This document shows positions 58,501-64,000 of a stretch of 64,000 nt of DNA, piece after piece (the stretch's first letter is position 1; each line of letters begins with the position of its first letter). The stretch spans positions 186,001 to 250,000 of the forward strand of contig NIVC01000111.1 in the NCBI GenBank assembly GCA_002269645.1, in the 5' to 3' direction. The translations under genes were made by a program, and so were the position numbers. The notes under the pieces were generated by a model. It saw only the letters and a list, made by a program, of their open reading frames with translations. It ran no database searches and was not told where the DNA came from. Origin of the DNA: Macrostomum lignano (lineage: Eukaryota).

Positions 58501-61500
58501 GCTTAGAAGAGGTCTTTACAATCTGTCTGTTGTGCTTGTGGCTCCAAATAACAGCGAGGGTCTCATAGCCTGGCACCGATGTTGCGAGGCTGATATTACC
58601 GCGCGATTCAACGCCATATCTAGACGGATAGAAATCGAAGCGAGAAATGAGGTCAATATCTTTCCGGTTATTTGTGGCAATCTTAAAGCTGCTGGAAAAC
58701 TGCTCAAGGTCGTCTTTATGGGTGACATCCAGCAGCAGCTTCGGGAACCAGTTCAGAGTGCTGTTGCTCTGCAAGCTCAGCCCCACGTCTCTTCCGCTGT
58801 AGGCACCTCGGCTGTATCCGTGAACCTCAACAATGACGATTTTCTCTGTCTTGAGGTCGACATCCAACTTAGATTTAATTTCACTAGAGGTCAGCCAGTG
58901 GTTGAGCTCGAACTTCATGAAGCTGGCATGGGCCCAGGGCGTTACGATGCTTAGTCTAGAATGAAAGTTGTTGATGTTTCCAAGATTCACCAGCAGGTCA
59001 GCCTTGAAGCGTCGGCCGTTAACGATGCTCTCAATTTGCAGCTTCCTGACCCGGAGGGAACCATAGCCATCCAGTTTTAGCGTAATGTCTTCATACCTGT
59101 TAAACGGCGTCTCCACTCTAAGCATAGCAACAATACCCTTTTCCGTCCATCCATCATTGATGTCGTACACAAAGTTCGCTGAAACCTTCTTGCCCTCAGC
59201 GTACTGAAGCTCGATGTACTTGTTGCTCTTCAATGGTTCGTTTCTTTCATTCAGACGAATTGCGATTGCGCCCATTGGTACGCTGATTTCTAGGCGGCCG
59301 GTTCTCTCTAGCAAATGAGCTTGTCGTTTCGTTTCAAATTCCCCATCGATTCGGAGCCCGTCAGTCTGCTGTCGCCTGGGGTTCCAGTACAGTTCCGCCA
59401 GGAGTCTGTTTTTGCTCTCCTCGCTGCTGACCTGCAGCTTGCCTTGAACATCAACTCCGGGTGCATTGATCCGTGCGTTCATATCTGCGCTTTGGTAGTC
59501 AAACTTTCCCGTTGCATTGGCGGAGTAGGTGACGCTGGGTGTGGAAAGCCTAGCAGCAATGTAAGGTTCGCTTGAACTTGTATCGGCGCTTAACTCAGCC
59601 GACACGACGCCAGAGTATGGAAGTTTTAGGCTGCCGCTCACCTTGTGCTTTGAGTCTTTTTGCAGCAGCTCCGCCTGTACGCGGTAGTCGGTTTCAAGCA
59701 CGGATAGAGTGGACTCAAACACGATGGTTCCCTTCTCTGGGAAGTTCTCCAGCTTCGATACAACATCGCCAATTAGATCACTTTTCAACGAGGCGGTATA
59801 GAAAATATTCCCAGGCTCCCTCTTAAGCTTCAAAGTTGTGGAAACCGGTGACCTCGGTTCATTGTTGCAAATCAATCTGAAAGTCATGTCTGTCCAGGCC
59901 AGGTCGTGCACTAGAACGCTGTCGATTCCCTGTTTGTAACCTCTGTGCTCAAAAAACGAGTCAAGCTTGTGCTCATGACCTGATGATGGTGTGCCGATAT
60001 CGTACTTGCTATACAAGCGCGTGATTTCATTGTTAGCATCCTCAAATCTTAGTTCCAGTTCGTGGTTGGGGTACATTCTGCTCTTGAAGACAAGTGATAC
60101 ATAGTTGTTAAATTGCGGAACATTTGAGAAAGTGGTCTTAACGCTGCTCCTGATATTGCGGTCTTCGGACGTCATTGCAAACTTGATGGCTGGCTCAATT
60201 TTTACAGTCTGCTCCGACTCATCGCCAAACTTGTAACCAACCGTTGTCGAGCCGGACACACTTCCGCGTGCGATGTTGTAGTTCGACTCAACTCTGCCGC
60301 TAAACACAGGTGAGCTGATATTGGCCAAAGCAGACGCTAGTCCATTCTCGTAGCTCATGTGAGTGTTCACTCCAACCGGTCGTGTCAGCAAGTTCTCGAC
60401 CGTTGCACTCAGTTCCCAGCTCTTTCTTGCTGGTGCTTTACTAAAACCGTAGGTGCCCTTCAGAATGATTGGTCTGGAATTCAGCAGACGAATCTCCATT
60501 TGAGTCAGATCGACTCTAAACTGTTCTGAGGTCGCAACTAGATTGTACCGGGTCGTAGCACTTGCATAGGTCACACCGTCCATCTCAGCCAAAATCTTCA
60601 TTTCTTTTCCATCAGCTCCGCTTATGAGGCTAATTTCAGCCTTTCCCTTCTTCCATGGCGTCTCAAGGATGGCTTCAGCCTTCCTGCTGTCCGAATCGAT
60701 CTTCACTTCGGCTTGGATCTTTCTGTCGCTTTTGGAGCCTGGCATGTCAACCAGAGCCTTCCAGTGTCGATTGATGCCTTCTTTTCTGTTGATCAAATGA
60801 AGCACGTAGCTTTCATGGGTGTCCTTCTTGAGCATCGACAAATCTAGTTCAAAGCCAGCCACAAGCGGAGCCTGGGGCGCATCTTCTGCCGGCAATGATG
60901 GATATCGGATCTCGGAGCAGAACTCAATGCCAAGAACCTTCTGGAGAAATCCACCGCCTGAGCAGCTCTTCCTGTTTACAGTCAGGTCACGTCTCATGTT
61001 CTGCTCGCGCTCAACGGATCGGCGTACAATGAAGAAACTTGTTTTCGCATTGAGAATATTCTGCCGCTGTCTCGGTTGATTGATCTCTACTTTTAGTTCC
61101 TCACCGTTGGCGGCCTTGATAGACGCCTGCATTTCTGTGCTTGAGTACACATTGCTCACCATTTTTACTCCATAGTCGCCGAAAACAGTGTTGATTCCGA
61201 GCATACCGCTCACATGCACCGCTCCTGATGGTACCAGTTGGCCCTCAACCTCAAATTCAGGCGGCCACTGCATCAGTTTCTTCAGATTCACCTTGCTCTT
61301 CGCTTTGAGAATAAAGGAGGCCGTCCCATTGATTCCGAGTCGTAGAGGGAATCCAGAAATCGTTGGAATCGTGACTTGCGTGTCCAAAAAGGAAATGGAC
61401 TTGTACCAGTTGATTTCTCTCATTTGCCTGAGCGAGTTGAGCAGCTTGAGAATGTTACTACCGCTTATCTCCATGTCTTCCTTCCATAAGTCGAGGAATG

Positions 61501-62850
61501 CAACTTGATGACCAAAGATCTTGATGTCCAGATTGCCTCCGATCTTCTCCTCAATCAGCTTGAATGTTTCGTCTAGCTGGGCAAGCTGGGTGTTGGTGTC
61601 AGTCTCATTGCTCTTGTTACTTTTCGGACCCAGGTACTTCTCTAGCAGCACCTCCATTCCCTGGACTCGGCCGCCAACTTCTAGGAAGTTCAGCGACTTG
61701 CCAAAAAGGTCGAGCGTCATGTTTAGAGTCGCCGACCTCGGAAGGAAGCTCTTTTGGGACCAAATGAGATTGGATTCAACCTTCGCGCCAGCGTTCAAGT
61801 AATTGGAGAAGAATGATTTCTCAATGTTTCGACTGAACTTTAGTTTGTCCATGTCGTATTGCTTCTTCAGTTTCACATCTTCCACGATCAGGCGAATGTC
61901 CTGTTTGTGCGGATCGGAAGTTTCTAGCAAATTGGTCAAATGCGTCCACATGAACGAAGCGAATTGATTGCTGCTTTCGGCTGTCAGAAGCTCGCGGACC
62001 GTATCAAAGACTTCGATCGTTGGGCAAGCCATAAGACCCAGATAAGCGGTGATGCGCAGCTCCGAGTCAAGGTCCATGTTTCTGATAATTCTCAGCAGAG
62101 GCCTCCTATCAACGGAGCACGGAGTTCGTCGAAGGGCTTCAATAGCGGCGACGCGCACCTCCATGAGGTTGGACTCCTTGTTGGCACATCGAGCAAGATT
62201 TGGCAAAAGCTCAGTCAGGTGTCCAGCGTTTCCGATAGCCTTCAGAGCCACCAAGAGGGTTCGCCTATCGCCGGTGGAGCAATCCGATCCGATCAGCCGC
62301 TGAAGAGCAGCGCCAACGCTTTTCACGACGGTTTCTGTTTCGCAGCGAGTCCGGCTGCTGCAGTACTGGTTGACAACGGCGGTAATTCCAAGTTGAGCTT
62401 GCGTTCTTGGCTCCTCAACCTGCAGTAGAGGCAGAAGGCTCTCGAGCATCTCCTTGCTCGGGTCCTGCACAAAGGCGAGCGATGTGAGCCACGCGTCCGC
62501 TTCGGTGTTGGAGACCTGGCCGCTGGCGATCAGTCCGTTCATCATCTGCACAGCAGCCGGAGTCGTCACTGCAGGCAGGGCGTCAAAGAAGAACTGCTTT
62601 GCCATCTGATTGTTTCTTCGGCACACGCTGAAACCTTCGACGTCTCTGCGCATGGTTACCAGCTGCTCGGTTGTCAGCTCCTTCAGTCTGTAGATCAGCT
62701 CGTTAAAGAGAACTGGTGTCTTGGGGCCGATGGCTGTACCGAGGTCGCAGAGGCTGCTGAGCACAGACCTGACATTCTCAACTGGATTCTCCGATGTCTG
62801 TTTAAAGTCATGATGCTGATACTCTAGCTTGCTGCGCTGAAATACGTGGT
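55559..62850 (-). CDS. Giant large lipid transfer protein: vitellogenin-N/LLT alpha-helical module, DUF1943-like sheet and start of the beta region
   Basis: Acceptor ACATTTCAG|AC (phase 1). LLT motifs are FFDALP, LKAIGNAG, VRVAAIEALRR..C, DSELRITAYLGLM.CP, NQFASFMWTHL, KFSRNIE, SFLPRSATLNMT.DLFGKSLNFLEVGGRVQG and PTISGFPLRL. Confidence 0.93.
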
Positions 62851-63513
62851 CTGAAATGTTTTTGTTGTAATGATTTGACGGAATTATTCTTCTCAAAAAT
62901 ACGAGTACAGCGTTGTACTGAAATGCAGTACGATCGTAATCGCTAAGTGACAGTTCATGAAGTAATTTAAAATAAATTTTAACCCCAGAGAAGCATATGC
63001 AACTGAAGTTTTCCTAAGGGCAGGCAGAAATTCAAAATGCAGTCAGTGGTTCACCTACCTATAGATAGCAAGGTGACCCTCGCCCTAAACTTTGAGAGCA
63101 GAGTTACTGATAAGAAGCAACCAGATAATCGGCTGTGTGCCCCCCAAGCGGTCAGAGGACATGAAAACTCTACTTTGACCCTCTGCGCTTTCGCTTTTCG
63201 CCCTCAAACAAGCAACAACACTTCTGCTTATCGTCAAGGCAGCTCCAAATTAAGGCTCTGGGTTAGCATGGCCAAGCCCAGTAAGCAAAGATAATGAGTT
63301 GGCTGCTAAACTCCGATAAGGCACCCGTGTGGGTCGCCTCTCTAGCTGCTCAAACCGCAGAAGCCTCACTCTATCGCGGAAATGCAACTTAGAAAAAAGC
63401 AAGCCAAAATGTTTGCTTTCTTGGCAGAATTTTCCTATTCTTGCTTCAACTAATTAGCATGGGGTGCTGGGGTACTGCAACCATGGAGATATGAGAAGCC
63501 AGTGGACTCTCAC

Positions 63514-63865
63514 CGTGAGCGATTCGGACAATGCCGCCGGTGCCAACGAAGGTCATTTTCTGCTGCACTGTAGTCACAGCTCCGGCAGTTTCCGTGCTGA
63601 ATGGTCGGAACAGATGCTCCTCGGAGCACACTGAGCTCTTCAGGTGGCCGGAAGTGTCGTATTGAGCTCGGCAGGTACGGTTAGCCCTAGTCAGCGGCAT
63701 GGATTGGATTCGGGCCGAGGTCCGGTACGAGCTGCTCTGGAAACTGCTGCGCACCTTCTTCTGGTCGGGGCAGCTCATAAGGTCGGTGACCTTGGTGACG
63801 CTCGCTCCTTTCGACGAATCTTGCTGGACGTTGTAGGTCACCTTGCACCGACCGCTGATGTCCGT
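63514..63865 (-). CDS. Giant large lipid transfer protein, upstream exon (N-terminal beta-barrel; further exons lie beyond the window)
   Basis: Branch point CTGCTAAC and acceptor TAACAG|, then TDISGRCKVTY (ETDVxGxCxxxY), VTKVTDLMSC and CSEEHLFRPFS. Donor CACG|GTGAGA (phase 1) matches the 62850 acceptor. Confidence 0.92.
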
Positions 63866-64000
63866 CTGTTATGGCAGCAGGGGGTTAGCAGTTTGTAAAA
63901 GTATCTTCATCTCGAAATCCGTGCAAAACTACGAGCTATTAAAACGAGCTATTGAAACCATTCTTTTCTAGAACTTTTGGGTTAAATAAAAATCAAGGAA

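Noticed and set aside
42858-62428. Numerous + strand ORFs opposite the LLTP, and - strand ORFs opposite SIDT, TXNDC9 and MLST8
   Set aside because: They are antisense shadow ORFs of GC-rich coding sequence with no independent motifs.
62900-63500. Unique-looking inserts that might be transposon fragments (also about 10.8-11.6, 12.3-12.7, 31.0-31.6 and 39.1-39.5 kb)
   Set aside because: I could not identify terminal repeats, target-site duplications or transposase motifs by eye. A repeat-library search is needed.
1-64000. tRNA, rRNA, snRNA or spliced-leader RNA genes
   Set aside because: No recognisable conserved motifs were seen; a covariance-model scan would be decisive.

Overview
Eukaryotic (metazoan) DNA, not prokaryotic. 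It has GT-AG introns, GC-rich CpG-rich exons and a very high density of minisatellites and microsatellites. That style fits a free-living flatworm such as Macrostomum (inference, not verified). Bases 1-32.4 kb hold five co-oriented + strand genes: an ANAPC16-like gene, MLST8 (3 coding exons), a SID-1/SIDT family gene (2 coding exons), TXNDC9 (intronless CDS) and CLPTM1L (8 exons, 538 aa). A neurensin-like gene lies on the - strand at about 38-40 kb. From 42.3 kb to beyond the window end is a giant - strand large lipid transfer protein gene (apolipophorin/apoB/vitellogenin superfamily). It would encode about 6,970 aa inside the window alone, almost all from one 20.6 kb exon that is broken by two single-base frameshifts. 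The most striking structure is that nearly every intron, including predicted UTR introns, holds its own private 10-45 bp minisatellite that often grades into the splice site. These arrays also point to hidden spliced non-coding transcripts. Most long ORFs in the supplied track outside these genes are repeat or antisense artefacts. No rRNA, tRNA or CRISPR array is supported. All homology calls are by eye from remembered family motifs; no database search was run.
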